Source: Octopus bimaculoides (Eukaryota). From it: 64,000 nucleotides of DNA. A model generated the notes under the pieces. The model saw only the letters and a list, made by a program, of their open reading frames with translations. It ran no database searches and was not told where the DNA came from. Shown piece after piece: positions 1-12,679 of this stretch. The translations under genes were made by a program, and so were the position numbers. Where the stretch lies: positions 146,691,102-146,755,101 of the forward strand of contig NC_068981.1 of the NCBI RefSeq assembly GCF_001194135.2. The letters run 5' to 3'. Positions within the stretch are counted from its first letter, which is position 1. Every line of letters begins with the position of its first letter.

Positions 1-89
1 GTCCACTAACCAGTCCTGCTACTAATTTCTTCCACTACGTCATACACACACACACACACAAACACACTAACAGATAAACCACCAAACCA

Positions 90-123
<34 letters not shown>

Positions 124-315
124 TACGCACACACACGTTCTGTTATCACACACACACTCGCAGACTTTCGCAAACGCACAGATTCATCTCCCTTTTTCAC
201 TCTCCTATCTTAGAAAGAACTTTTCCCCCCCCACCTCCTCTTCCGGCCTTTTCATCATGTAACCTCGTGGGCATCGGTACCATTTTCCTCGTTCAAATCT
301 CATTATGGTCTACAT

Positions 316-769
316 CAGCTTTTCTTAACTGGGGCTCCACAAAAGGTTCCTAGGAGTTCCGCAAGAAAGAGTGCGTTAAGTTAATGCTAATTTCATGATT
401 GTAGTATTACTATACATGCACAACATATTGGTTATTATAATATAGACATCATCCTATCTAACCTATTACGTTATCAAAATAATGTAACAAGCATATATAT
501 ATATGATATTTACCATGTGAACTACAATGAAAACTATACGAGAAAGATATACTCTTTTACTCTTTCTTTCACTGGTTTCAGTCATTTGACTGTGGCCATG
601 CTGGAGAACCGCTTTTAGGCGAGCAAATCGACCCCAGGATTTATTCTTTGTAAGCCTAGTACTTATTCTCTTTTGCCGAACAGCTAAGTTACAGGGACGT
701 AAACAGACCAGCATCAGTTGTCAAGTGATGTTGGGGGGGACAAACACAGACACAAACATATAAACACAC

Positions 770-858
<89 letters not shown>

Positions 859-1122
859 CATATATATGACAGGCTTCTTTCAGTTTCCGTCTACCAAATC
901 CACTCACAAGGCTTTGGTCGGCCCGAGGCTATAGTAGAAGACATTTGCCCAAGATGCCATGCAGTGGGAATGAACCCAGAACAATGTGGTTGGTAAGCAA
1001 GCTACTTACCACACAGCCACTCCTGCGCCTAGTATAGTATATAATTTTTTTGTGCAGAGGTTCCTTGAGACATGTAATATATTTTAAGGGTTATGCAAGG
1101 ATAAAAAGGTTGAGAAACACTG
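316..1122. mobile_element. hAT (Charlie-like) MITE with a nested SINE
   Basis: Ends CAGCTTTTCTTAAC / GTTGAGAAACACTG; 8-bp flanks GTCTACAT / GTAAACAT (6/8). Confidence 0.6.
548..1029 (-). mobile_element. tRNA-derived SINE, family A, with internal (TA)n/(CA)n
   Basis: Head GGCGCAGGAGTGGCTGTGTGGTAAG, core TTGGGCAA, tail AGTAAAAGAGTATA; further copies at 7421, 19375, 48283 and 59697. Confidence 0.85.
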
Positions 1123-1617
1123 GTAAACATAGTCACTCACAAGACATTGGTCAATCTGGGGCTATAATAGAACACACCCAAGGTGCCTTGCAATACTACT
1201 GAACCTGAAACCATATGATTGCAAAGTGAGCTTCTTAACCACACAGCCATGCCTGTACCTATCCCAGTATTTTCTTTATGTGATTGCTTTCAGATATGAA
1301 AAAATACTCGAAATTCCCATAACTCATAATTACATAGTTAATGTCGAGACAGTTGTAATTATATTTAGATAATCATCTGGATGGGTGGGGTTAAACAATC
1401 AAAGATTTTTGTCTATGAAGATACTTCTAGATCTGAGTTAGAAACAGCGAGGAAGAAATAACACAATAAATGAAGTAAAAACAAGTCATCAAGAAGGAAG
1501 TGGGTGTATGAAATGTGGTGACACTAGAGTTCAAGATCAGAAATGGTGAGCACTATTATCAAAAGAGTTGTCAATGGGAGAATGATAGCAAAACTTCAAG
1601 AGTTAAATTTTCAAATA

Positions 1618-2511
1618 TGAGGTCTGATAAATAAGTATCCAGACTGTTGCCATAGTAACGAAGCTAAAACATGCAGAGTGAAGCCATTTGGCACATATTG
1701 ACCTTGAACTCTGCTGTGCATGTGCACTAAGTTTTAATGTGCAAGCTCACTTCTGCTTTTTACCGCAGTGCTTGGAAGGAAGGTGTGTAGCATGTGATCA
1801 TCGCATTGACCATAACAGAGAAAGCTGTAATGGCGATACCTGTTCAGAGGTCTATGCAAAGTTGCAGAAAGTGTGTGGAGAGGAGTGTGTGTGCTGCACA
1901 CAAGTGTGTGAGTGGGTCAGACGTCTCCAAGATAGCTAAAAAAATGTCAATATTGACGAATGTTCTGGGAGACCTGCAACCAGCAGAACTAAGAAAACTT
2001 TCACAGATGTACATACAGCTGTGACGAGAAATCGTCAAATCACCATCCATGAGTTGCTAGAGGCTTTGCAGATTAGTTATGGTTCAGTTCAGTCCATTGT
2101 TATGGAAGATTTGGGTATGAGATACATGTCTGCTAAGTTTGTGTCAAAACTGCTTTGAGCTGACCAAAAAGACACTCAGTTTCAGTTGCACAAGATCTCC
2201 TTGATTGTGTCGAGAACGATGAAAACCATTTGAAAACTTTGTATAGGTCTCTGAGCAGGTATTGCCAAGCTTTTGGCAAAATTTGATGCAGAGTCTCTGC
2301 TCAACTTTCTCTGTCATGGTCAATGCAATGATCACACGCTACACACCTTCCTTCCAAGCACTGCTGTAAACAGGGAAACTGAGCTAGAAGGTTAAAACTT
2401 AGAGCACATGCACAGCAGTGTTCAAGGTCAATCTGTGCCAAGCTGCTTCACTCTGCATGCTTTAGCTTTGTTACTATGGCAATAGCCCGGATACTTATTA
2501 ATCTGACCACA
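1618..2511 (+). mobile_element. Mariner relic whose 3' half is replaced by an inverted copy of its own 5' end
   Basis: TA flanks; termini TGAGGTCTGATAAATAAGTATCC / GGATACTTATTAATCTGACCACA; degraded HTH-region transposase (DTCSEVYAKLQKV..EW.RR.QD..N.DECSGRP). Confidence 0.85.
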
Positions 2512-2580
2512 TATAGCTCCACTCACCTGTCAAGAAAGGCACAATGGATATTAAATAGTGATAATAATCTATCATTATTA

Positions 2581-2624
<44 letters not shown>

Positions 2625-2626
<2 letters not shown>

Positions 2627-3170
2627 GACAGCGAGTTGGCAGAATCATTAGCATGCTAGATGAAATCTTTAGCAGTATTTCGCCCATCGCCACATTCTGA
2701 CATCAAATTCTGCTGATCTCGAATTATTGTTATCATTATTATTATTATTATTATTATCATTATTATTATTATTACAAAGGTGATGAACAGGTAGAGTCAT
2801 TAGCATGCCAGGCAAAATGCTTACCAGCATTTTGTCTGTCTCTATGTTCTGCATTCAAATTCCGCCAAGGATGACTTTGCCTTTCATCTTTTCGGAGTTG
2901 ATGAAATAAGTACCAATTGAATACAGGGGTTGATGTAATCAACTTGCCCCCCTTCCCCCAAAATTTCAGGCCTTAAGCCTTTATTAGAAAGAATTATTAT
3001 TATTATTAATATAATTATTACTATTAAGGCAGTAAGCTAGCAGAATTGTTGGCATGCTGGGCAAAATGCTTAGTGGTAGTTCATCCACCACGGTCAACTT
3101 TACCTTTCATCCTTTCAGGGTTGACAAAATAAGTATCAGCTGAGCACTGGGGTCGAGGCAAGCAACTTAA
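2625..3170 (+). mobile_element. Three tandem family B SINE fragments separated by (ATT)n
   Basis: Heads GCGAGTTGGCAGAATCATTAGCATG; core GCCTTTCATCYTTTCGGGG..GATAAAATAAGTACCA (Nin/Deu-domain-like, recalled from memory). Confidence 0.75.
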
Positions 3171-3794
3171 CAACTTCTAGATATGAGAATAAAAAATTTC
3201 ATTCCTCTGCCAAACCATATCGAGTCAGTGTGGTAGAGTAGGCTAATTAAACTGGTATGATCTCAAGCTCAAATTTTACAGCTAACACATCAGACCGTGG
3301 TTAGTGAGGCCATTGTCCTGCAGTGGACAGATCATAGGTAATCGAACACAATCCAATAATCAAGGCTGGGATGTATAATGACATGCTGGATTAACCATTA
3401 AGCGAAATAAACACATGCTTAGGGCATCAAGGGAATGAGGGGGGGGGGGCACAACAGAAATGGTAAATGGTTTACAGCACAAAAGAAATCACTTTAAACT
3501 TGCTAAAATAATATTCAGGATGCCTTTATCTCTACTAAGTATAGATGTAGATGTTTTACCTAAGATTAATTTTGAGGATCTGATCAAAAACACAGCAATC
3601 CAAAAAAGTAGAAGGAAACTTTCCAAATATAAAGTGGAAGTATACAAAAATACCCATTATTTTCACTCTTACTCTTTTGTTTCACTTTGAAAAATAGAAA
3701 TTTATTTTATGCTTTGTTATTGTTTATATTGGGNNNNNNNNNNNNNNNNNNNNNNNNNNNNNNNNNNNNNNNNNNNNNNNNNNNNNNNNNNNNN

Positions 3795-4105
3795 NGGGCG
3801 TTGTGAGTGTTTATTGAGTGAAAACGCCTAAAGCTCCATGAGGCTCCGGCAGGGGATGGTGGTGAACCCTGCTGTACTCTTTCACCACAACTTTCTTTCA
3901 CTCTTACTTCCTGTTTCTGTTGTGCCTGTAATTCAAAGGGTCAACCTTGTCACACTGTGTCACGCTGAATCTCCCCGAGAACTACGTTAAGGGTACACGT
4001 GTCTGTGGAGTGCTCAGCCACTTGCACGTTAATTTCATGAGCTGGCTGTTCCGTTGATCGGATCAACTGGAACCCTCGAGGTCGTAAGCGACGGAGTGCC
4101 AACAA
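3795..4105 (+). mobile_element. SINE family D, head lost in gap
   Basis: Reverse complement of 5618-5950. Confidence 0.8.
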
Positions 4106-5076
4106 ATTGTTTATATTTTGAATTACTTAATCTTTTATGGAGGCACCAAAATCTTTTAAGTGCTTAGGGCCTCAATGGGTCTTAATCCAGCCCTGGTATA
4201 ATGTATCAATTTTGGGCATCTTGTCTGTTATGTTATTGTCAAAGCGCCCTTTCTTTGCTACCCTCTCATCTGTCATTCACCTTCTATTCACTGCACCACT
4301 CTGCTTGTGTAATAAGATATATCATTAGATCAGTCCATCTGCAATTTTCTCTTTATCCCTCTCATCATGGTGCCTATGTAACTGAAGAATGACATTAGCT
4401 CTGTCTGTTTTCAATACCTCCTACCATCACCCTTGTCATTCTCATTATATATATATGTATATATATATATCCTATATGATCTCTCTGACCATCTCTCACC
4501 ACTAATAGTATTCCATTTCTCTTTATCATTTCTTTGTCACACCTCTTACTCTGTCTTTCTCTTTCATGCAACTCATACTGTTTCTCTACTCAATCATATT
4601 ACCAACAAATAGCATGTATCTACAAACATTATCTCTTCATGACTGTCAGCTTTCAAACTCTCCCCTCTATCACTCTTCCCCCCACCTACTCATATAATAA
4701 TGGTGGTGGTGGTGGTGGTGACAATGATTTTCTAGTCTTTCACCCCATCACTTTTGTTCTCTTTGTCATCACTCATTCCTCTATTCACTTTTACACATAT
4801 CTGTTACAAATGGAGACAATGTAGGATAGAAAGGATTCTATGGTCTTGGAAGAACATGCCATGATGTAATGCACCCAGTGCACTGTATAAAGTGGTTGGT
4901 ATTAAGAAAGGCGTCCAGTTGTAGAAACCTTGCCAAAAATGGAATGTATGAGTGAGACATGTGGCCCTTGACCTATCTAGGATGATGATGACTCCAAATA
5001 AGAATTCAATTGGATTGTGACAACCTGTCAAAACCATGCCAGCATGAAAAGCAGACAAAAATGTGAAGATATAGAA

Positions 5077-5262
5077 CAGTGTTCTGCAGCCTCTTTCGCT
5101 TGTGGTACACTTTTATATTCTTTTCAAAATTCAGTGGCACACCTGAACTAAAAATATAGCTAAGTATAGGGGGGAAAAATAATATTCAGGTTACACTGCG
5201 GCACACCTAGCATTGTCTTGTGCCACAACAGTGTGCTGTGGCATACCGGTTGCAGAGCACTG
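5077..5262. mobile_element. hAT MITE
   Basis: TIRs CAGTGTTCTGCAGCC / GGTTGCAGAGCACTG; TSD ATATAGAA / ATACAGAA. Confidence 0.75.
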
Positions 5263-5614
5263 ATACAGAACAATAGTTAGTTTAGTGTCGCATATTTGTG
5301 AGTTCTGGTCCTGTCGTAGAAGAAATTTTCAGGAAAGGTGGGTATATCAGATAGCAATAGCAATAACTAAACAAATTTATAGTATTTATTATTCAGTCAA
5401 TGTTATTGTCATCATTGTTAAGTCTTATGTCAATTTTGAATGAGCAGACTTATGATCAAATGTATTTCAGTCAAAACCAGTTTTTTTACACCCTTTCTTT
5501 TTTCAACCTGTCACTCAACCAATGTAATTGCTACATAATTACATACAAATATTCCAGTAGCATTAGTCTAAGAAACAAATTATTTTCTAAAACAGCATAA
5601 CACAATATATATTG

Positions 5615-6021
5615 TTGTTGTTGGCACTCCNNNNNNNNNNNNNNNNNNNNNNNNNNNNNNNNNNNNNNNNNNNNNNCAGTTGATCCGATCAATGGAACAG
5701 CCTGCTCATGAAATTAACGTGCAAGTGGCTGAGCACTCCACAGACACGTGTACCCTTAACGTAGTTCTCGGGGATATTCAGCGTGACACAGTGTGACAAG
5801 GTTGACCCTTTGAATTACAGGCACAACAGAAACAGGAAGTAAGAGTGAGAGAAAGTTGTGGTGAAAGAGTACAGCAGGGTTCACCACCATCCCCTGCCGG
5901 AGCCTCGTGGAGCTTTAGGTGTTTTCACTCAATAAACACTCACAACACCCGGTCTGGAAATCGAAACCGCAATCCTATGACCGCGAGTCCGCTGCCCTAA
6001 CCACTGGGCCATTGCACCTCC
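5615..6021 (-). mobile_element. tRNA-derived SINE family D
   Basis: Minus-strand head TGGAGGTGCAATGGCCCAGTGGTTAGGG...GGTTTCGATTTCC (A/B boxes); (CAA)n tail. Confidence 0.85.
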
Positions 6022-7420
6022 AACACAATATAAATTATTGAAATAGTTTGAAAGAAATGAGAAACAAGGAAGGTTTCTACGAATGCCTATCTTCAGAAGA
6101 ATACTGTCAAAGAAATGTGTATCTACATAGATCCTGCCATTTTAGATAATCCAGTGCTTGTGCCAGTACAAAATATAATGGTCTTCGTTTTTAAACTTTC
6201 TGCATTCTTAGAAGCTTTCCTTATTCCTCATTTCATTCATTAATCTACTTCTGTACTTCAATGCTGTAAGTGAACTACACTTCTCTTCTTAAAATACTTT
6301 ATCTTCATAGAAACAATGACATTATCATCACTATCATGATTTTATATCAGATTGTCCATGCCGTCATGGATAGGGTGAATTTCACAGCAGTTTGCCACTT
6401 TCAGACCTTCATCTATAATGGTAATGGAGAAAATAGCCAATGTTTTCTTTTTCAATATGGTTTTAATGGGTAGATGCCCTTCCTACCACCAAGCACTTAC
6501 AGCATGGACTGCATTCATTTCATTATGGTACCAGTAACAGAGGGCTTGTGTCAGGACTAAAAGTTCTGTCTAACTTGCATCAGTTTTTATTCAAAGTTAT
6601 TGCACCCCTAGCCTGAGATGCATTCATGTGACTTGCAGAATCATATCTCATTCATGTGATGATTGCAGAGCTCTTTTCAAATATTGCTGAGTTTGTTTGC
6701 GATACTCACCTTCCGAGACACAACACCTTTGTTAAAACTGGGAAGTCACATCTCTCCATGATGTAGGGACGTGTTACCAAGGAAAGTCCATAATGATATA
6801 ATGAAATGGGTTACTCAGCCAACAAGGGAACTCATCAACAATTAATGGCTTGGTTGTCAAGACAGGTGAGCAAAATAGCTTTGAGAAATAGAAGTTTGAT
6901 TTCACCAATTCTTTCCCTTCCTTGGTCTTCTTCCACAGGTTCTTTCAACTTGAATCACTTGGTACTGCTTTACTCAACTGTCTTCCTTCATATGCATTAC
7001 ATGCCCAGACTATCAAACACCTCTCTCATGAATACTACATCTTATTCCTCTCTTATCTCTAGTTTTTCCTTTAGATCATTTGTGATCTGTCAAATCGACT
7101 ACATTCACATTACACATCCTGCATACTCACCTCATTTTGTTTCAGCCTTTGCAACCTTCTACTTTCAAAATTTCTCATGTTTTGTCACAAATTCCTTTAT
7201 TGTGCTAGAAGAGCTAACAACTCCCTAGACTTCTTCTACCTCCTCTTTATTCTGGCCACTATGCTATCAAACCGTGTCTGCTGCTAATTGATTCACCAAG
7301 GTAGCAGAAACTATCAATCAACTACTTACAGAGACCTTCAAGCATCTGAAAGCACCCATTTTATGGTACTCCTAAGGAAGGGCTATTTTAAACACTAAAG
7401 AAAACCCCATAGCTGTTATC

Positions 7421-7812
7421 TTATACTTGTTTCAGTCATTAGACTGCAACCATGCTGGGGTACAGCCTTGAAGAATTTGTAGTCGAATGAATCAACCCCA
7501 TTATTTTTTCTGTTTTTTTTTTTAAGCCTGGTACTTATTTTATCAGTCCATTTTGCTGAACTGCCAAGTTACAGGGACACAAACACACCAACACCAGTTG
7601 TCAAACAGTGCCGTGGAGCAAACACAGACATACACACACATATATATACAACAGCCTTATTTTAGTTTCCGTCTACCAAATCCACTCACAAGGCTTTGGT
7701 CAGCCTGAGGCTATAGTAGAAGACATTTTGCCCAAGGTTCCATGCAGTGGGACTCAACCCAGAGCTATGTGGTTGGGAAGCAAGTTTCTTACCACGCAGC
7801 CAAGCCTGCACC
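7421..7812 (-). mobile_element. SINE family A
   Basis: Similar to 548-1029. Confidence 0.8.
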
Positions 7813-8333
7813 TATATTCACTTTCCAATTATATCTTAATATTACAGTTATGAAGTTTCAAAAAATTTTGTGGCATGCTTCTGCAACCTGGTCACTGACA
7901 CAATTCCATCACATCTGTTGAAAATCAGTTTCTGACAAGTTTTTATAAGCCTGAGTGGAAGGGAGTCTCCTTGCCTTTCTGTTCTCTTTCATTTTATCCT
8001 TTCTCGGCTCTATTTTTTTTTCTTCTTCTTTTTGTTACTTTTGATACTTCAACTTAAAGTATGTTAGTTTAAAATTATACTCTTTGACTAGTCTTGTTTT
8101 GCAGTGAACTTTAGACTTGTGAATCTACTATATTGTTTCTGTCTGAACTTTTGACATATATACATACCATTAGTCACTTTCCAATTCAAGTCTCAATTCA
8201 CTCTCTCTATCTGCATTTATACATATTTATTTATTTATTCACTTCATTGAAATTATTTCTCTCTTTTTTCCCATAAATACTAATTAAGGTAAAATGATAC
8301 AGAGAATAAAAACTACCTAAATTAAAAAAAAAA

Positions 8334-8364
<31 letters not shown>

Positions 8365-8437
8365 NNNNNNNNNNNNNNNNNNNNNNNNNNNNNNNNNNNN
8401 NNNNNNNNNNNNNNNNNNNNNNNNNNNNNNNNNNNNN

Positions 8438-8695
8438 ACGATGATGATGATGATGATGATATCGTGGCCGTTGCCAGTACCGCCTGACTGGCCTTCGTGC
8501 GGGTGACACGTAAAAGCACCCACTACACTCTCTGAGTGGTTGGTGTTAGGAAGGGCATCCAGCTGTAGAAACTCTGCCAAATTAGATTGGAGCCTGGTGT
8601 TGCCATCCAGTTTCACCAGTCCTCAGTCAAATCGTCCAACCCATGCTAGCATGGAAAGCGGACGTTAAACGATGATGATGATGATGATGATGATG
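8438..8695 (+). mobile_element. RTE-tail repeat (family C) ending in (GAT)n
   Basis: GTTAGGAAGGGCATCCAGCTGTAGAAAC...CCATGCTAGCATGGAAAGCGGACGTTAAAC(GAT)n, the same 3' end as the RTE LINE relics. Confidence 0.8.
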
Positions 8696-8899
8696 CACAT
8701 TTTCATATATTTATAAACATACATACACACAGAGTCACACACATATATTAACACATGCATAAAACTGATTTAAGGAAGGGGGGAATATATGCACTTCTTG
8801 CATATGGTGAATTGGTGTTACTTCATTTGAAGTTACAACCGAAGCTAATTTAGTAATTTCATGGATTGAAGAAATCATCATCTTCTTAAACTCATTCGT

Positions 8900-11530
8900 T
8901 GTACCCTCAAATTGGGAGGTCTTAAAGTAAAATTTGATTAACAGCTCAACCAGGAGATGTATCCTGCACACAGAAGCTTGACTGAATCAGTGACACCTAG
9001 GAATAGATTGGGTAACTGCCAAATGACAACATGCAGGACAATATGTGTTAGCATCCCATCCATACCTTTTGTAATAAAAAAAACCCAGTGAACTATCACA
9101 ACAACTTCAGATATATATCTCCAGGAAATCCCAAAAGGTGGGGAAAGATGAAATCTCCAAAGGATAGATCATACTTAACAACCCCTGCTAATGATTAGAT
9201 TACAGTATGTTGCAGTCAATTGTGGAAGAATTATCAAAGTTTTAAATCCATCAGGTCAAAGTGAAATGTATGGAGCGAGAGAACAAGATGCAGTGCACTG
9301 GCCTTTTGCCTCCTGAAACACAGGAAGAGCCCAATTTCTTCATACATCACCATCTCCTAACCTCAGCAGATTAGTTCAGCAGCAGTAGATTAAGTGGACT
9401 CTCAGCCTCCAACAGGAATAAACGGCTGCAGTTTGATACAGATGTCAATGATATCTTTGAAGTCTCAACTATAGGAGATGCAAACAGTCAACTCCGTAAA
9501 TGATTGTTGTCACTGTCAGCTATAGTTCAGAAAGATTTACTCATGCATCATATACCAACACAGGTAGAAGTTTCAAACCCTCAAAACGCAGTTTAGGATT
9601 TCCACTGAAGTAGAGAAAAAAAGCCATAGATGACTTAAGGAGCATCCTAAGGAAAAAATCTCATGATTCTTCTCAGAGTAAAGTGACACGGAGGAAAGGG
9701 AAAAGAGAGACCCAGGAACAGAACTGCATGTGCTGCCAATCTCTTTGGTTTTACAAACTGATTACTAGGAATCAGACACACTAACAGTCTAATGTGCTCA
9801 ATTGAGAAAGTTCATGTGTTACTCAATGACACTCTGAGTAGCTCCAGTGTCAGAAAAAGAGTTGAACTCATTAAAATCTCATCTAAGTTTGAGAGGGGGT
9901 CACCAAAGCAGCATGCTCTGCATCTGCTACAGGCCCCAGTAGTGTGTCCTATTTAATATACAAGCAATGTTCACGGTAGATTTTGAAGTAGATATGGCAA
10001 ATGGGGAGTATTGCTGATCAGTGGGAATGTAGCAACCATTTGGTTTCCCAAAAAAGAAAACTCCTAGAATATCAATCACTTTCAGTCAATTTCAATACTA
10101 ACTGTCGAAGGGAAGGTGTTTTACAGCATTGTTCTCCATAGACTGACATCAAGCCTTCAGAACAGAATCATGGGTTTCTTGATATTTCTGGTTACTTGGA
10201 GTAATGTAGTTACACAGCTTATCAGAGAAGCCTATGAGAACAAAGGTAACCCAGTCATACTATGGCTGGACTTGGTAAATGCTTATGTATCCAAACAACA
10301 CAGACTGGTTGAGCTTACATTGCAACAACACTCTGTTCCCAATAAAGTCAAGGACCTGATCCTGGGTTACTACAATAATTGCAGGCTAAGAATCACTTCT
10401 GGCTCAGAAATGACTGACATTGGTTTGAAAAAAGAATAATAACAGGTACCCATCTTCATTATTCTTTTTACTCTTATCATGAAGATGGTAGTCAAATGAA
10501 TCAAGACAGAAGGTAGAAATGTGCTAACCTTACCATCACAACAACATAAAAGGAAAGAACCTACAAGTATATGAGAAACTCATCACCTGAACATGGTTGA
10601 CTTGCTAAGTCAAGGTCCATGGTGCTGAAGAAGACAAAGGTGGTCATCAAAATCCATTTCTCAATATCTGCAAATGACATCTCCATCACAGAGTGACCAG
10701 TCATTAGTCAGGAGAAGCACTTTGCTGCAATTTCAAATATTTAAGAAAGTCCTTGAGATTTGACTCCCTAAAGTTGGCAAGTCAGGATTGACTGCCAGAT
10801 TCAAGTTCTGAATGTATCAACATCCTATCTTGCCTCCAAGTCTTATGGCATATACTGGTTTACTTGGCTCCATTAGCAATAACAAAATCCCCAACAAGAA
10901 AGATTACTGGCTTTCAGCACACATAGCTGGGGTTTCCCCACAGCCTCAGCACCAGTGATGTCTTGTAGCTCCTATTCCATGGCCTCACTAGAGAGTTTAA
11001 GATAACACAAGCAATAGAAGTCTTATGGTACAGGGACTCCAAGGACCAAAAAGTGTCATTTAACTAGAATCAAGGTGAAAACTAGGAGGAAATGGAAGGC
11101 AGAGAAAGTAGTACAAGTGGCAGAGCCATACCTAAGGCAAAGGAAGTTGGCAGAAAAGAATTAGGGTACTTCCCATAGCCCCTGATTAGCAAAGCCCACA
11201 GAAGGAAGAGCAAGTGACCAGAATAGTGAGATTCAGACAATGGTGTGTATGGACAAGGTGGGAGATCATGTGGCAACACAAGGTTACATAGTCAAATATG
11301 CAAGCAGATTTCTATCATATCCAGTTCTGGGTCCAAAGTGTCTATGACGCCCTGCTATGTCCTGCCAATCTTTGCATCCAGAATAAGTGCAAGACATCAA
11401 CCTGTCCACTTTGATCTAAAGAAGTTCTTTAGAACATCTCAGTAGCTGCCCAAAGCCTTTCGAGAAAACCATTGTAATAACCAGATGCTCAAGGTAGTTA
11501 TTGAGAGCTTAGCCATTATCCTAGAATCCG
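8900..11530 (+). mobile_element. Degraded RLE-class non-LTR retrotransposon (HERO-like)
   Basis: Interrupted RT motifs IWFPKKENS*NINHFQSISILTVEGKVF and VVTQLIREAYENKGNPVILWLDLVNAY; C-terminal knuckle remnant SLEHLSSCPK; many stops; boundaries approximate. Confidence 0.65.
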
Positions 11531-12024
11531 ACCAACCAAACACCTGTACATTGTTGTCATCTGAGTAATATATACTCAGAACGATGCATCATTACTGATA
11601 TCAATTTCCAAAATATACACTGACTATAACACTAGGGTGGCAATATACCCTAGTCCTATATACTCTAATTGCAATCTGTTTGTAGGTTGATAGCATTGGA
11701 AATTTTTCAGCTCTGCATGCTGTTTTCTTCAACCCACTTGTATCAGCTGCTATATTACCATTAGGGCTTTTAACTGAGTATGATACTTCTGTAGTGTCAG
11801 CATAGCTAGAAAGACCAACTGTATGAGTGAGAACACATCTTAAAGAAATACTACAAACAGTAGTGGTCTCAGTACAGTTCCCTGAGGGAGAATGCTAAGA
11901 ACTGATGCCTCCTCAGAAAGAGCAGCATTAGCTGCAACTGTCTGATTCCTACTTTTTAATAAGTCATGCAGCCACTGCCCTAGTTTTCCAACTATGCTGA
12001 GGTCAAACAGTTTGTGACATTATT

Positions 12025-12449
12025 TACATTATTTAAAATTGACGGATATTTGTCCTCATCTTGTTTGTTGTTAACATGTTTCAGCTGATATACCCTCCAG
12101 CTTTCATCAGGTGTCTTGGAGAAATTTCGAACCTGGGTTCTCATTCCTAAGGTATTTTTCAATGTTGTTGTTGCTATTATTATTATTATTCATATGGTGT
12201 AGTGGTTAAGAGTGCGGGCTACTAACCCCAAGATTCCGAGTTCGATTCCAAGCAGTGACCTGAATAATAATAACAACAACATCGAAAAATACCTTAGGAA
12301 TGAGAACCCAGGTGCGAAATTTCCCCAAGACACCTGATGAAGGCTGGAGGGTATATCAGCCGAAACATTGTGTTAACAACAAACAAGATGAGGACAAATA
12401 TCCATCAAATGTAAATGTACATAATTCCTCATCTCTTAAATATAGAACT
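12025..12449 (+). mobile_element. tRNA-module/hammerhead element with an inverted partial copy at its 5' end (Penelope-type layout)
   Basis: TSD AGTTTGTGAC(A/G)TTATT at 12009-12024 and 12452-12467; A box TGGTGTAGTGG, B box GAGTTCGATTCC; arm 12025-12190 is the reverse complement of most of 12260-12420. Confidence 0.8.
12329..12374 (+). ncRNA. Minimal type I hammerhead ribozyme, degenerate (ACAT instead of ACGT)
   Basis: GACAC-CTGATGA-A-GGCTG..CAGCC-GAAACATT-GTGTT. Confidence 0.55.
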
Positions 12450-12679
12450 ATAGTTTGTGACGTTATTCCATAATCAACTTTAGCGAAAGCTTTAGCAAAA
12501 TCATCATCATCATCATCGTTTAATGTCCATTTTCTATGCTGGCATGGGTTGGACAGTTTGACTGAGGTCTGGAGAGCCAGCAGCTACACCAGGCTCTAAT
12601 CTGATCTGGCAATGTTTCTACAGCTGGATGCCCTTCCTAATGCCAACCACTCCAAGGGAGTAGTGGGTGCTTTTTAAGC

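Noticed and set aside
12196-12259. Functional tRNA-Ser(ACT) gene
   Set aside because: A and B boxes are present but there is no acceptor stem; it is part of a TSD-flanked repeat.
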